This document shows positions 40,630 to 53,003 of a stretch of 64,000 nucleotides of DNA, piece by piece. The DNA is from Bispira polyomma (lineage: Eukaryota), in the NCBI GenBank assembly GCA_965649765.1, contig OZ287748.1, forward strand, positions 43,586,001-43,650,000, given 5' to 3'. Under the pieces are notes generated by a model, which was given only the letters and a program-made list of their open reading frames with translations, ran no database searches and had not been told where the DNA came from. The first letter of the stretch is position 1. Each line of letters opens with the position of its first letter. Made by a program: the position numbers and the translations under genes.

Positions 40630-43146
40630 CTTTAATGTTGTGTGTGAAAAAAAAACCTAACTGTAAAACTTACCCTAAACTCAAAACATATAACTTATTA
40701 AAACAATAAAAATCCCTCTCTACAAAAAACACAACTTTGTGCGAGTCAGCAATCTCCAAATATAACAAGTCCCGTACTGACGGGATGTTTTGATACCCAA
40801 ACAACCCCATTCGATCCTATTGGTCGGTACTGAATAAGTCAGATCCTAATGCTGATAAGTTCTGTCCTATCCTCCCTCCGTTCGATCTTTTACCTCTCCC
40901 AGCAAATCTGATAGCCAATACGTTCTGTTCTGCTGTGTTAAGTTTGATCAGGGTAAAAAAACGTGCGTACACCATGTTCTGTCGGGGTGACAAAAAGTTT
41001 GATCGGGGAGTAATACGTCAAGTCGGGAGTCAAATAAGTTCGATTGGATGGGCGGCCTGGCCTGTCGTATTGAAAAAGGGGCGAATCCCAATAGGACAGA
41101 ACGGGCAGGCAACAGGACAGGCCGGCAGTGCGCCCCGACCTATCCAACAGAACATATTGGCAATGGGATCAAATGTATTGATGGTCCCGACTTTGAGGTC
41201 TGGGACCAAAAGTCGGGACCACTTTTAAAATTTCTAACTTTTTTGATATTGTTCCCGACCACCTCGTATTTGCTCCCCGACCTTTCCGTACATGTCCCGG
41301 ACCTCAAAGTCGGGAAGGTCAGGGACCAAATCCTGAATGTGGAACCCCCACTTAAAGTTTAAGGTGGACTGAAATATTAGTCCCCTAAAGGGGCCTGCTG
41401 TGCACAGTGCACTTGGTAGTTGAGATAAGTTATTGGCCAAGTTATCTACTGTGGAGTAAGGGAGATAAGCTTTTGGGCTAAGTTATTTTGTGGAAGTCAA
41501 TGATGAGATTTCTGTTTAAGCATTTTATTTTATAAACATGTTAATATATATATATATATATCCCTTAACAATTTGTAAAATAAATGCTTAAAATTTTAAA
41601 AATTTTAAGCCCCAAGCCCAACTCAAAAGGAAGGAGGTATGGCAGAAACAAAGGTATTAGACACCACTGATGCAATCTGAGATGTCTTTTGTAAATAAGC
41701 CCAAATTGAAGAAGGCCTCCATAATCCATGGGCCATGATCTTTATGGTTAAATGCAAAGGTTGCACCAGGTCTCCTAAAAGTGTGAAATCCGTGTGATGA
41801 ATATTGAATACCCATGTGTGTTAAAACTTTCTCTAGTGCGGTTCGCACATGTGTTTCTACTACAGTTTGGAATGGACTTAAATTGACTGCAAATAGTGGT
41901 GCAGTGGGAGGTAGGGGTCTTAAAGCTAATAATTTCTTTAATGCCAGAACAGGACAAATGGCCTTGTTCTGCAATTGTGGAATCTGTATAATATGTGTGT
42001 CTGTCCTATTCTGTAAATTCTGTTTTTTTTTTGTTTTTTTTTTTTTCTTTTTTATTGCAAAAATCAGTCATGTACATTAAATAACATTTACAATTACACT
42101 GATACAGTTTCTGTACAGTTATCAGATTTTAGTTCACTATGGTAACACTTTTTCATTTAAATATTGATTCACTATGTTCAATAACGTTCAATAGAAATAG
42201 TTACACATATAACTTATTTTTCAGTTTAGCTAAGAAAAAGTAAAATAAAACCAAACAAAATAAATTACGACACTGCCTGTCATCGTCTGTCACTAATAAT
42301 AATATGTGTATTCATTGTATTGGAAATATTGGAAGAGAGAAATACATCACTGAAAGAGAGTAAATGAATAGAAAAATAACAATAGATTAGCAATAGTTCT
42401 GCAAAATGGATAATATTTCCACATATTATTACAATATACCTTATACATATTAAAGTTTGACATCTTTTTTACAGCTGTACACATTCCCCTAACCTTGTTT
42501 ACATACATTTAATTGTGTACATTAAATTGCATTTAATAATTTTACAACAGAACCAAATCTTCTAACTTTAGCTCATTTGTGACTGAAACAATAAATATAT
42601 TATAAAACATACCTGTACATAACATCCTTTAAGGTGCCAACTGATAATCATTGTTAAAGTACCGATAAGTAGTGTATGGCCATTTTGTATAGTCTATAAG
42701 GCTAACTAGAAATTGCTGGAAGATTAAGGGAGTCTTTTTTAGATTCGTAATCTCACCTGTAATGTTTCATCAAATATTAAATGTGTTTTTTTTTATATCA
42801 TTTACTTATAAAAGCAATATTTAAGCACGTCTAGCTTATAATAAAACTTCAATTTTGGCCATGGAAAGTGTTTTTAAAGGTGAAATAAGCCCATAACGAA
42901 AAGGTTAAGACTAATGAATTTACTTGACACAAGGCTATATCATTGTAATCTTCGTGACCCAAGACAAGAGGCCAGTGGCTGTAGTGAGAAAAAAACAACT
43001 GAAGCTCAACTCAACTAAAAGTCTCCATATCTCAGGCGAGATTGAAATTTAGCAATAAATTGAAAACATCAAACATTTACAGATTGAAACAAAGTATACA
43101 CATTTACAAAGTCAGTCATTCTCACCTAAGTTATTGCAATATTGTA

Positions 43147-46100
43147 TTACTTTTGTATTACATTGATGAGGGGTTTCCATTTGTTCCATATGTTATCAAA
43201 TAATTCTGATTGGAAGTTAAGTTTAGCTAAAAGTTCTTCTTCTCTGTAAATAGTAATCAGTCTGGTTTTGTATTCATTTAGATTGGGGGTTCGCACAGAG
43301 TATGCGCATAGAAAAACGTAGTATTTTGCAGAAATAGAGATAGTATTGAAGGGAATAAAGTTGTGATCTGAGGCTGTGTATCCCAAGATAAATTTATCTG
43401 GTGTAATTTGAAATTTAATTTTGGTATTTTCAAATATCCACGCAATTAATTTATCCAAAATTGTTTTGGTTATCTCACAATGAAAAAATAGATGGGTCAG
43501 TGATTCTTCACTTTTATCACTTCTAGTTTCATTTGATATCTCAACTTAGTGGTACCTAAGATTCTATGAATAACTTTATATTGAAACCAGATGAGAACAT
43601 TGTCTGACACTGATCTAAAGCATGCCTTAAAAATTGTCTTCCACAGTCCATCATTTATTTCAAGGGATAGTTCTCCATGCCATTTGTCTTTCAATTGTTG
43701 CATCTTTTGAACCTGGCATAGTGCTGTGTACATGTCCTGAGATCCCTTGCGCGACTTGACAGTACTTTTAGATGAAATGGGTAGAATGGATATAGCTGAA
43801 TGAACATTGAACTATTTTCTTTATGTTCATGTATAAACTTACTTAGAAGTCCTCTTGTGCGATAGTAGTCAAAATGATTTACTGTAGTCATACCAAATTT
43901 TCCTTTTATATATTCCATTTGCAGTATTTGTCCATTTTCATCAACAATATCACATACAAATTTAATGCCAGCCTTGTACCACTGTGGTATAAATAATTCT
44001 TCAATAGATATGTGTTTATTGTACCACAATGGTGAAGAAAGCAGATCAAGATTTGTCCTAGGCACAATTTTGTCAATAACCTTTGCCCATGCTTTTAATG
44101 CTGTAGTCCAGAATTCATTACTTATTCTATTTGCGATTTTGTTGCACCACTGTGAGCTCATTGAAGCAAGCATTTGGACAGGTGAAACTGTTTTTATGAA
44201 TAACTTGCCCCATGCAGATTGATGGCCAATTATCAAACGTCGTATCCATGTTGTTTTAAGAGCATCTATAAAATTGTCAAGATTTAGCATTTTTAAACCC
44301 CCATCAAGATATGATTGGTTTATTTTATCTCTGCTAATCTTGTCAGGCTTGCCATCGCAAATAAAAAAGTAGAACATGGCCTTTAATTTATTTATGCATT
44401 TCAGTGATGGTGTAGGCAAACTTTGGAAAAGATGGTTTAGTTTCGAAAGTGCCAATGTTTTTACAATTGTGATTTTTCCTATTGGTGTTAGTTTTCTTTT
44501 GGACCATTGTTGTAATGTATTTTCTATCTGACAGATGCTTTTGTCAAAATTTAGAGGAATCATGTCATTCAGATTTATGTCAAAAATTAATCCCAACAAA
44601 GTGAAACGAGTGTTCCCCCAATCTAACTTTAGACTTACTCTTAATTTATCTTTAGAGAATTTTTTTCTTCCAATCCAGATTACTTTAGTTTTGGTTGTAT
44701 TCATACGGAGACCTGAGACTGAACCAAAAATTTCTAAAGTATTAAGTGCTGCCTGAAGGGATGTCTGTGTTCCATTAAGAAAAAGAGTGGTGTCATCAGC
44801 AAACTGACTAATTTTAATTTCTTCTCCATGATAGGATATTCCTGTCATATTACTATCACTTTCAAGTAAAAGTCTTAAAATCTCTGTGCAAAGGATAAAA
44901 AGGTAAGGGGATAACGGATCTCCTTGACGGCATCCTCTTCCAACTGCGAAAAAATCAGACAATCGACCACATTGGGTTATAGCTGCCTTTATTTCAGTAT
45001 TAAACAATTTTACCCAGTTAATGATGCTCTTTCCAAATTTAAAGTACTCTAACACCTTTTTGATAAAGCTCCATGATATACTGTCAAATGCTTTTTCGAA
45101 ATCGATCAGCATTAATAGTCCTTCTAAATTGTTTACTTCAGCCAAATGTATAACATCGTAAACAAGCCTTGTGCTGTCCCCAATAAATCTACCCTGTATA
45201 AACACATTCTGACTTTCCGAAATTATCTTAGGTAGCAAGGGTTTTATCCTATTGGCTATGGTTGCTGAAGTCATTTTATATATAACTGAAAGCATTGTTG
45301 TAATTGGCCCTTCCAATTTTTCTGATTCTATTTCTTCCAGGGTTTTGAAATTTAAGTTTGGTACAAATTTCAAGTCACGATTCTCCGTTTGTCTTTCAGC
45401 AAAAAGATTGGCGTAGAAATCATGTATACATTTAAGTATTTTATCCTGATCAGTTATTTCTGTGCCATCACTAATTGATATTATTTTAATAGTTTTTTCC
45501 ATGTAATTGAATTTTTTCAAGTTACAAAAATATTTGGTCAGCTTTTCACCCTCATTTAACCATTCGACCTTTGATCTGATCAGTTGACCTTGGAGATTCA
45601 GGTTGCGTATTTTTTCTAATTCATTTTTTTTATCATGGATTATGTTTAATGTATTGACAGTTTGATTCGGTTTTTTAGCTCTTCTTTCAATTCTACTTCT
45701 CGAATTTTATTTACTCATTTTACTTTGGTAGAGTACTTAATAGTCTCTCCTCTTATTTTCAACAAAAGGACTTCTAAAAATAAATCATAGTTGATTGTTA
45801 ACGCCAATGAATCCTCTGGAATATTCTTCATATTCTCTAAATTATAGACCGGTACAATGTAAGTCAAATATTCTGAATCAATCAATTTATTTATTTGGTG
45901 TAGGTACTGTTGATCTTTCAAAAGACTTGTGTTAAATTTCCATAAACCCTTTCCTCTTTCAAATTTGCATATGCTGATTGTAGTCTCTATGATAGAGTGA
46001 TCTGATCGATAACCAGGAAAGATGTTACTGGAATAAATCATATCAAATAATGTGCTAGAAATCAGAAAGTAGTCCAACCTTGCCTGCTTGAAGGGGTTTC

Positions 46101-46689
46101 GTCTTCTCCAAGTGTACCTTTTTGTGTTTGGGAACTTTTGTCTGAAAATATCGATTAATTTGAATTTTTCCATAATGGCCTTTAGTTTTGTTCTTGATTT
46201 TGGATTACTGATATGAATATAATTACACGAGTCCAGATCTTTATCTAAGTACATATTTAAATCCCCACATAAGATAATATAATCACAAGTGGAGCTCAAA
46301 AAAGTTCTTTTTAAGTCGGCATAGAAAGCTGGGTAATCTTGGTTAGCTGAATATATGTTTACTAAGAGTATACTTAAACCACTAACTATCAAGTCAAGTA
46401 CAAGCAAATTGCCATTTTTGTCAGTTACTGTTTTATTAATAGTGTGATCTAAGTGTTTGCAAAATAATATTGCCACACCTCTAGCATTGGTTTTATCCCC
46501 ATTAATAATACAATTACCATCCCAATTTTGTTTTACTAATTTTATGTCATTTTCTGTCCAATGTGTGTCTTGTAAACAAGTTATTTGCACTTTAAAATCT
46601 TTAAGATAGTTAAAAACATCTAATTGTTTTCTTTGATTTCTAAGTCCTTGAACGTTTGCTGATAACACCTTTAATTTGCTATCTAACAT
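43147..46689 (-). pseudogene. L1/Tx1 ORF2 (APE endonuclease + RT + C-terminal domain), disrupted
   Basis: EN: NVQGL, LQDTH, GDLN, RLDYFLIS, SDH. RT: IDFEKAFDSISW, GCRQGDPLSPYLF, QFADD. Frameshifts near 45715 and 43700, plus an internal deletion after KLEGPIT. Confidence 0.92.
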
Positions 46690-48221
46690 CCTGAAATTGG
46701 TATCCCTTCAGGAACAAACATATTATGTTTAATAATGAGTTAAACATTTCTTCAAAATGGGTTGAGAGTGTATCCAGAATGAAATTTTACATGATACGTA
46801 AATAAAAGTTTTCTATGATTAGCTGAGGATGACCGACAAAACTTAACTATATACAAAGTAAATATTAGTAAACAAGTAAATAAAAACTGCTCTGACAAAG
46901 GAGCAACAACAGACATTAAAAGTAATAAAAAAAAACTAAAAAAAAGGAAAACGTTACTGTGAGAGGCTTGTGGAAGAATTCAAATATAGAATTATTATAC
47001 ATACCGTAAAAGTGAAATGTTGGTAAATATATTTGGATACTAATGGATTATGCATACATGAGCACAACACTAGCAGTCGAATGCATTGGATTACTTTAAA
47101 ATCACTATTTCCTTAACAGAGAAGGGATGATATTTTGCTCCAGAAATTAAATATCTACAATGTAGGGACTTGGGTCCTCATTCATATATATTATAGTTAG
47201 TTAAACAGATACACACATACGTCTGCAGTTAGGGTTCTTTATATTGCAATTAATTATAATATATTCCAATCAAATGTTCTAATTCAGACAAAACCATAAT
47301 AGTAGGTAAAAAGCTAACCCATAAGCAAGTTTAAATAGCTTTTTTATTCAACTGTATTCTACTTAAGAAAGATTGGATCCCCACAACATACACTCCAGAC
47401 AATATAGACATAAAGTTGGTTTATTTTGCTGTATACACATATACAGTGGACCATATGCATCACAATCAAAACTGTTTTAATAACAACTGTTCTAATTAAG
47501 AGTATTAATAAGAAACTTTTTTTAGGAACCTAAAATATTTTTTAAATGACCACCTAATTACCACACTTTTTTTTTGCAAGTTACACCTTAAAAATGAAGT
47601 GCAAAATATTTGTCAATAGTATTATAGATGTATAAATTGTATCATACTGAATATCTAGCTGATATATACATAATAATAACCTTACAAATGTTTTTAACTC
47701 TCATTAATAAGATAAAAAAGTTCAGTAGAAATATAGGGCATAAAAGTTATATCATGTATTGCATTTTTAACCACTTTTAAAACATAATAAAACATTACCA
47801 CAATATGTGTTGTGCTTGATGACAAAACAAACACAACCAATTTACCTCTGCATATATACTTCATGCTCTTTAAATATGGTACACTATAAAATATTCTTTG
47901 GTATATTATCTAAGATATACATATTAATAACTGGTTAAGATAACTAGTATACTATACACACCAGCAACACTTATATGTACCAAGCTCTAACAGGTTTTCA
48001 AATGCACAATCTTATTTACCTTGTTAACACCACAGGATTAAGTAACATAGTAAAGGTTTAAGTTTGTCAATAAGTCCTGTTTATGCATTGCACTTCTTTG
48101 TACTATATGCACATATATGTTAATCAAATTAGTCCTTAGAATTTTATGTGTATATGTTGCTATTAAGTCAACTGAAAGTTCTAATTAATTCAGTAAATTT
48201 AAAATATTGGGTATTTAACTC

Positions 48222-48758
48222 TTAATTTGAGTTGAGCTTTAGTTCGTTCCTTACTTCTGTCAAGATGTCACCAAGCCAGTTGCTTCCTCGCCACTTACTT
48301 TGGCCTTTCCAGGTGTCATCTTCCACTCCCCATCGCAAATCATGGTAGCTTGCCTCAAGAAAGTTCTCATTAGTTTGCACTATTTGCTGACTCAGGGGAG
48401 CATTATGGATAAACTTCATGGTTACTGCTGTTTTCATGACCTTTCTGGACTGGTACTGGAACCACCGATCTTTCTTGACTGTATCTCTATTTAACACATT
48501 CTTCCCAATGTTCAGCATATCGACCGGGTCAGACTGGAGCATTACCAATCTTGCTGCTTTAGCATCTCCGAAAAATAAACAAAGCTCGTGCTGGTACATT
48601 TGTTCCACACAGCTGTAAACAGTATTACCATCATTGACAGGAGAAGGGAAGAAATTACTGTAGATGGATGATCTTCCATGAAAAGCAATAAAGTTGTTCA
48701 TTTTACGTAGCCCACCACTGAAGTATTTCAGTGCTTGTGCAAGCTCATAAGCCTGATG
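48222..48758 (-). CDS. NADAR (YbiA-like) domain, probable C-terminus of LINE ORF1; now in frame with the YR N-terminal part
   Basis: F.GRSSIYSNFFPSP, VEQMYQ, MKFIHN, LEASYHDLRWG and GSNWLGDILTEVR match NADAR family motifs. Confidence 0.85.
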   Translation of the reverse strand, partial: HQAYELAQALKYFSGGLRKMNNFIAFHGRSSIYSNFFPSPVNDGNTVYSCVEQMYQHELCLFFGDAKAARLVMLQSDPVDMLNIGKNVLNRDTVKKDRWFQYQSRKVMKTAVTMKFIHNAPLSQQIVQTNENFLEASYHDLRWGVEDDTWKGQSKWRGSNWLGDILTEVRNELKLNSN

Positions 48759-50545
48759 ATTCTGTAAATTCTTGGCCCGCTTCAAAATGATGTAGGCCCC
48801 TGGTTGTCCAAAAAATATATTTTGTCTGAGAAAATGTCTGCTGTTGTCAAATGAAGCCCTTGAGTGTGGGGTAATGTTTGATAACCTAAGGAAAACAATG
48901 TAAGCCAACAAAAATATGGCCCTATGTAATATGGGATCATGCAGAATGTCACGAGCCATAGCAATTCCAGCCAACTGTGAAATGTCAAATAAACCCTTAT
49001 GTTTAGGAGGAAATGTAGAATTTATTGTAATACTTGCAACAGCATTGTGAGTAAAGGGTGCTAAATCCTAATTCAGCTTTCTGGCCATGAATTTTAAGGA
49101 TGAAACATAACAGCTACTACAGCTGGAGAAGTCTTATTCTGAGTAAGATATTCCAAAAATACCAAGACTGAATAAACTGAAATATGAGTGATACCTGAAA
49201 ACTGATTGAATGCCAGGAATGTTTATAACTGATTGTCATAAATAGCAGTTGTGTTTGGTTTTAAAGCTGTATCTATTCTACTGTATGATGAGCTGATGTA
49301 GTGTTCCTGGTAGAAGTGGAACCTGAAATTATATTGATAAATTAAGATCAAAATGTGTGATAGGCACAACTTTCCAGTTAAAGTTGTTATATAAGTCATA
49401 TAGCATTTGTCTGTTGGGTGGTGTTTCACAATAGATTATAGATGATGCACCAGCTGTAACATTAAGTTTTCCTGGAATATGTTTGATATTAATAGTGATA
49501 TCATGTGTAGCTGTTATAAGCCAAATATTCCTCAAGCAAAGTGCCAGGAAGCTATCTTTTGTTTTTTGACTCCCAACAACCAGTACAACGGCCATGTTGT
49601 CACAGTGAACAGTTAGTCTACTGTGAGCCCATTTTCCCCCTAAACTTTTAAGGCGATAACTATATTGAGCATCTCAAGACGCACAATAGTAAGTTCCTTA
49701 GCATATACATTGTAGTATGGGGTTGCATATACCTGCTTATTCCAGACGCCTCTTAAACCAGATAAGCAGGCAGCTGGATGTAACTCACTGTCATTTGAAA
49801 TTTCGTTTGGGTCGATATAAGTGACTCCATTATATTGGGGTAAAATATTTTGAAACTATCTCCCTGCATCTCGCCAGTAATGTCAAATTTTTTGGAAAAC
49901 TGATTGTGTCTAAATGTGAATAATAACATATTTATAAAAGAACGTGCAGGTCGCACACATTTCTGGATATAAAGTAATTTTCCTAAAAAAGACTGAAACT
50001 TTGTGCTTGAAATGTGACGCTTATTCAAAACGTCATTTACCGTTCCTAGAATTTCTTGTATTTTTACAGGTTGTATACTAATTGTGCCTGCTACTATATC
50101 AAAGTCTATGTCTAAGCATGTGAGGTGTGTAGTAGGTTCACAACGTCATCGTCTATTACTGTAGGCCCATTCCTGTAACAAGATGAAACAACATTGGTGA
50201 CCACATTATCACTGTTAATATTTCCATTATAATGCACATGATTATTATGAAATACTTTATCATATACATTATTTCTATCAAACATTACATTAGAATGACT
50301 ATTGACATTAATTTTGACTTTTCTAAATTCATGTACTGTCCCTATTCTGCAATTACATTCAGTCTCTAAAACTATAATGTTCCCTTATATGTGAAGTGTA
50401 TGATATGTATTCATATGAAAATTCAGATGCTGTTTGGAGTCATATTTATTTACAGATTTACAAATTTTTGTACAACTATACAGAAAAATTTTACTATTTA
50501 AAATTTTTAAAATGCCAATATGAATTATCAGCTCTAGTAGAGCCT

Positions 50546-50697
50546 CTACTATAGTTGGAACCCGGGTCCTGCGGCACCTAATCGCCTAGCAGTGAAGGTC
50601 CCCGGCTGCAGAGCTTTAATCCCCGGTAGCCCACACCAGGGGGTAGTTGCGAGCCGGGGACCAGCACCACACGGATCCGGGTTCGAACTTATAGTAG
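50546..50697 (-). ncRNA. Conserved structured RNA motif, copy F (A2-B2 spacer), with an extended outer stem
   Basis: Sense: GAACCCGGAUCCGUGUGGUG-CUGGUCCCCGGC...GCCGGGGACCUUCACUGCUAGGCGAUUAGGUGCCGCAGGACCCGGGUUC. GC-rich island in AT-rich DNA. Confidence 0.7.
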
Positions 50698-50785
50698 TGG
50701 TTCATGAGTGTTCGAGTTGACTAATTTTAATAATTTTACTCGTTTATATTATTCTTTGCCTTTGAGAGGTGGGTGTGGAATTACT

Positions 50786-51234
50786 GTGAATGACATGTTA
50801 GATACTGTAGCATTTTTACATCTCGTCCCGACGGGTCTTTCATGCCTACTTTGACATTTTGAGCATTCTGGTAAGTCTTTTGTCTTCTTTGTCCGGCCCA
50901 TTTTTTAAACACAACTCTGTACACAATATAGTGGTATATATATATAATATGTTCTTAAATGTTAAAATCAATGATAACTAAAAACATTAGACTAAAAACC
51001 ACTTCATTAAAATCACCATGTATAATTATCCAATATGGTGTCCAAATTAAAAGTTTTGTGCTTCCTTCTTGTTCAATTTCGAAGCTAGTTATGAAAAAGG
51101 GCGGCAAATACTCTTGCCCCCAATACTTCTGCTTAGTGACACAAACAACAAATGCTTGTCAACAAATTACCGTAAAGGTGATATCTTTAGCGACTGACAA
51201 GCCATGCCTTTTGTTATGCAGTGACTTCGACAGT
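50786..51234 (-). repeat. Split direct repeat A2 of element F
   Basis: Near-identical to 55119-55559 (a few small indels/substitutions). Includes the first ~115 nt of gag. Confidence 0.95.
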
Positions 51235-51402
51235 CTCTAAAACTATAATGTTCCCTTATATGTGAAGTGTATGATATGTATTCATATGAAAATTCAGATA
51301 CTGTTTGGAGTCATATTTATTTACAGATTTACAAATTTTTGTACAGAACTATACAGAAAAATTTTACTATTTAAAATTATTAAAATGCCAAAAGCCAAAA
51401 AT

Positions 51403-52382
51403 TTAGAAAGATGGGGGGATAAGAGCAGCAAAAGTGTTAGGAATTATTGATGCTGCATGTGAAGTTGCCTGTAAATATGTCCAAACAGCATCCGACTTCC
51501 AACATCCGTGTTTCTGGATGTTCTGAAGTTTTACATTGCTGTTGAAGGCCAGGGATGCCCCTGACCTTCGAAAACAATGAAAGGAGTGACCTGTGTGAGG
51601 TATGTCGCTTCTGGTTAGTATCATTCTTAATACTGTTCTAAGTTGTGTATCTGTGATACATTTACCTCCATTTTGAGGATTTGCTAGTAATGGTGCTTGA
51701 CCTTGTAATGGATATTTATTCATTAGTGCTTTTGCTGCTGTTACTGGGCAGAGTCAGGGATTTCTCAGGGTAGGTAATTGTATTACGTCATGTTCTGTCC
51801 TATTTTGGTTTGTTTTTGACCATTTTAGTATCAAGTGTATTCCTGGCTTTTCGAATATCACATCTGATCGTGTAATGTGTCTTGTTGGGTCAAAAGTGGT
51901 AAGTGACTGAGGTGTAAGGTTTGAAATCCTGAGAAATCCAAAAAATGCAAATAAGAATGCAGTTCTGTACAGTTCTGGGAATGTAGTTAGCTGACATTGT
52001 CTGGAAATTGTGTGTAATTGTTTGAGGTCAAAAATTCCTTTTGGTGTGGGTTTGAAAGTACTATTCAGTACTAAAGATCTTTGATACAAAGTTATTCTTG
52101 GGTCATAAAGCTGAGAGTCTGTGATATTCAGACATTTTGCCTGATATCTGATCGAGGCCAAATAGTTGTTAATGACCTTATATGATATGCCATTCTGTTG
52201 TAGGTATTCTAGGAAACCCAGAACTGTGCAGAAATTGAATGCATGCTGAATCTTGTGATAAACTATAAATGCCATGTAAAGTCTCATGTGGCTGTCGTAT
52301 TGTCTGTTCGTCCGTGGTCCATGGCTCTCTCCTATTCTTTTTATGGCTTTATGCACTAGTGGCTGTAGTGTCTTGGGTGTAT
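51403..52382 (-). pseudogene. Tyrosine recombinase of element F (one frameshift near 51750)
   Basis: FGFLRISNL (R), KWSKTNQ (K), HSFHCFRRSGAS (HxxR), HGCWKSDAVWTY (H/W, Y). Confidence 0.92.
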
Positions 52383-52388
52383 CTGAAA

Positions 52389-53003
52389 TTATATGTTGTC
52401 ATTTAGAATAAACATTTCAATAGGCACTTTTTCCATATTAAACTGTTTTTCTATAATTGTTTTAATTTGTTCTGTATAAATCCCTAAATCATGCCATCTT
52501 GATAATGTATCAGCCAAAATGTTCTTTTTTCCTGCAATGTGTTCTATAATGATTTCTATGTTATATGTAGCACATATTAGCCATAGATTCCTTAAACATG
52601 TGCTGAGACATGTGTCTCTGGATTTTGAAGACTGAACTATAGAGACCACAGCTGCATTATCTGATTTTATTTTTACTAATTTGTCTGTCCATTTATGCGC
52701 CCATAATTTAAATGCGATAAGTATGCTGATCATTTCGAAGTGCACAATGGATAGATCTTGTTTTATCCAGTGTGGGAGTGGAGCAGTGAACACGTGTTCA
52801 TCTGCAATACCTCCAATGCCCTCTAAGCATGCATCGACGTGTAAGAGAATTTCTGCATTTCTGTCTTTTGCTTTATAACTCGTTGTTCCGTTAAATTGAA
52901 TCAGAAATTGCAGAAACCAGTTCAGGTCTTTCTTAAATTCTTCGGTCAGGTATATTGTTTTTTGACTTGTATGATCTCTCAATACTTTCAACATACGATT
53001 CAT
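52389..53003 (-). CDS. DIRS/Ngaro-type RNase H of element F
   Basis: HVDACLEGIGG, IVHFEM, IKSDNAAVV, HIAGKKNILADTLSR. Confidence 0.9.
   Translation of the reverse strand: MNRMLKVLRDHTSQKTIYLTEEFKKDLNWFLQFLIQFNGTTSYKAKDRNAEILLHVDACLEGIGGIADEHVFTAPLPHWIKQDLSIVHFEMISILIAFKLWAHKWTDKLVKIKSDNAAVVSIVQSSKSRDTCLSTCLRNLWLICATYNIEIIIEHIAGKKNILADTLSRWHDLGIYTEQIKTIIEKQFNMEKVPIEMFILNDNI

Larger units (their letters stand above)
36539..41352 (+). mobile_element. PIF/Harbinger DNA transposon (4.8 kb)
   Basis: TIRs AGGGGGGGTTCCACACTCA / AGTGGGGGTTCCACATTCA. TAA TSDs at 36536-36538 and 41353-41355. Subterminal CCCGAC/GTCGGG/GATC repeats. Two convergent ORFs. Confidence 0.93.
42022..48758 (-). mobile_element. 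5'-truncated L1/Tx1-clade LINE with a NADAR-containing upstream ORF, inserted in the YR gene of element E
   Basis: 14-bp TSD ATTCTGTAAATTCT at 42008-42021 and 48759-48772. AATAAA plus poly(A) at about 42022-42057. Removing the insert restores YR AKNLQNRTDTHIIQIP. Confidence 0.92.

Noticed and set aside
48222-48974. A natural recombinase-NADAR (bacterial-style defence) gene
   Set aside because: The junction coincides exactly with the LINE TSD, so the fusion is an insertion product and the context is eukaryotic.
50670-50690. GGTTCGAAC as a tRNA gene or Pol III B-box
   Set aside because: No cloverleaf or properly spaced A-box, and the motif is not kept in copy E2. It is part of stem P1.
50959-51240. 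Plus-strand ORFs duplicated at 50959 and 55290 as a gene pair
   Set aside because: They are antisense readings of the A2/A1 repeats of element F.
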